From Faecousia sp. (lineage in GTDB: Bacteria; Bacillota; Clostridia; Oscillospirales; Oscillospiraceae): a DNA stretch of 64,000 bases. Under the pieces are notes generated by a model. The model had not been told where the DNA came from. It made no database searches and worked only from the letters and a program-made list of their open reading frames with translations. Shown in pieces: positions 63,273-64,000 of this stretch; positions within the stretch are counted from its first letter, which is position 1; every line of letters begins with the position of its first letter. The stretch is from positions 26,824 to 90,823 of the forward strand of contig JAZOPV010000015.1 of NCBI GenBank assembly GCA_045655745.1. Reading direction: 5' to 3'. Made by a program: the position numbers and the translations under genes.

Positions 63273-64000
63273 TTGAGATATGTTATTGATTTCAACCATA
63301 AGTGGTCTTTTTCCAAGGCTGCTACTGCAGTTCCCACCGAGATCGACAATAAGTGGGATTTTGTAAATCTGCCCCACTCATGGAACGCCATTGACGGTCA
63401 AGACGGCGGCAATGACTATTTCCGTGGCACTGCTTATTACGCAAAAAAGGTAAGCAAAATGGACCTGCCTGAAGCAGAAAAATATTATTTGGAGTTCAAC
63501 GGCGCCAATTCCTCTGCCGATGTTTATGTTAACGGCAAGCACTTGGCACATCATGACGGCGGTTACTCCATTTGGAGAGTCGATATGACCGATGCACTGG
63601 AGCTGGAGAACCTGATTGTGGTGGCGGTAGACAACGCACCCAACGATGAAGTCTATCCCCAGATGGCTGACTTTACATTCTACGGCGGCCTTTATCGGAA
63701 TGTGAATATTATTGCTGTTCCTGCTTCTCACTTTGACTTGGACTACTACGGCGGACCCGGCATAAAGGTGACCCCGATTATTGACGGCAACAATGCCAAT
63801 GTGGAGGTGGAAGTTTTTCTCACCAACTCCAAGCTGGGCCAGCAGGTTAAGTATATCCTGACTGACAAGGAAGGTAATGTTGTGGCACAGACCGCAGCAA
63901 CTGACACCATCGCAAGCTTTGTTATTGAGAATGTTCACAAGTGGCATGGCCGCAAGGACCCCTATCTGTATACCGTTAAGGCAGAGCTGATGGAAGGGAA
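63273..64000 (+). CDS. Glycoside hydrolase family 2 (beta-glucuronidase/galactosidase), N-terminal part only
   Basis: Not in the ORF track. TTG after AGGAGG: MRYVIDFNHKWSF..VNLPHSWNAIDGQDGGNDYFRG, LEFNGANSSADVYVNG..H.GGYS, DFTFYGGLYRNV. Confidence 0.9.
   Translation, partial: MRYVIDFNHKWSFSKAATAVPTEIDNKWDFVNLPHSWNAIDGQDGGNDYFRGTAYYAKKVSKMDLPEAEKYYLEFNGANSSADVYVNGKHLAHHDGGYSIWRVDMTDALELENLIVVAVDNAPNDEVYPQMADFTFYGGLYRNVNIIAVPASHFDLDYYGGPGIKVTPIIDGNNANVEVEVFLTNSKLGQQVKYILTDKEGNVVAQTAATDTIASFVIENVHKWHGRKDPYLYTVKAELMEG

Noticed and set aside
1-64000. CRISPR array, integrase, transposase, prophage or defence genes
   Set aside because: No regularly spaced direct repeats and no ORF with such motifs were found.

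Overview
This is the replication-origin region of a spore-forming, moderately GC-rich clostridial chromosome; an Oscillospiraceae-like assignment is my inference from gene content and style. Most of the window is housekeeping. It holds dnaA-dnaN-yaaA-recF-gyrB-gyrA with a DnaA-box/DnaA-trio origin between dnaA and dnaN, and parAB bracketed by three perfect parS sites. It also carries serS, mscL, nfnAB-like, pta, guaB, hisS, minD, uppP, a two-component system, an MBOAT/SGNH O-acetylation cassette, spoVT, nfeD-SPFH, rpmH-rnpA-yidD-yidC-jag, tRNA/rRNA modification genes, four tRNAs and a glucuronide (GH2/GPH/uxuAB) locus. An AT-rich islet after tRNA-Leu carries a GlpP-controlled glycerol-3-phosphate oxidation cluster and an unclassified clan GH-D-like glycosidase, and is followed by several gene remnants. 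No CRISPR array, integrase or transposase was seen. The best leads are: two unannotated divergent cassettes each built on a small ribbon-helix-helix gene with a palindromic operator; three families of short hairpin repeats; remote DnaA-box clusters; a rearranged origin neighbourhood with many head-on essential genes; and two apparent pseudoenzymes (MgsA-like, HtrA-like). All calls were made by eye and no searches were run.
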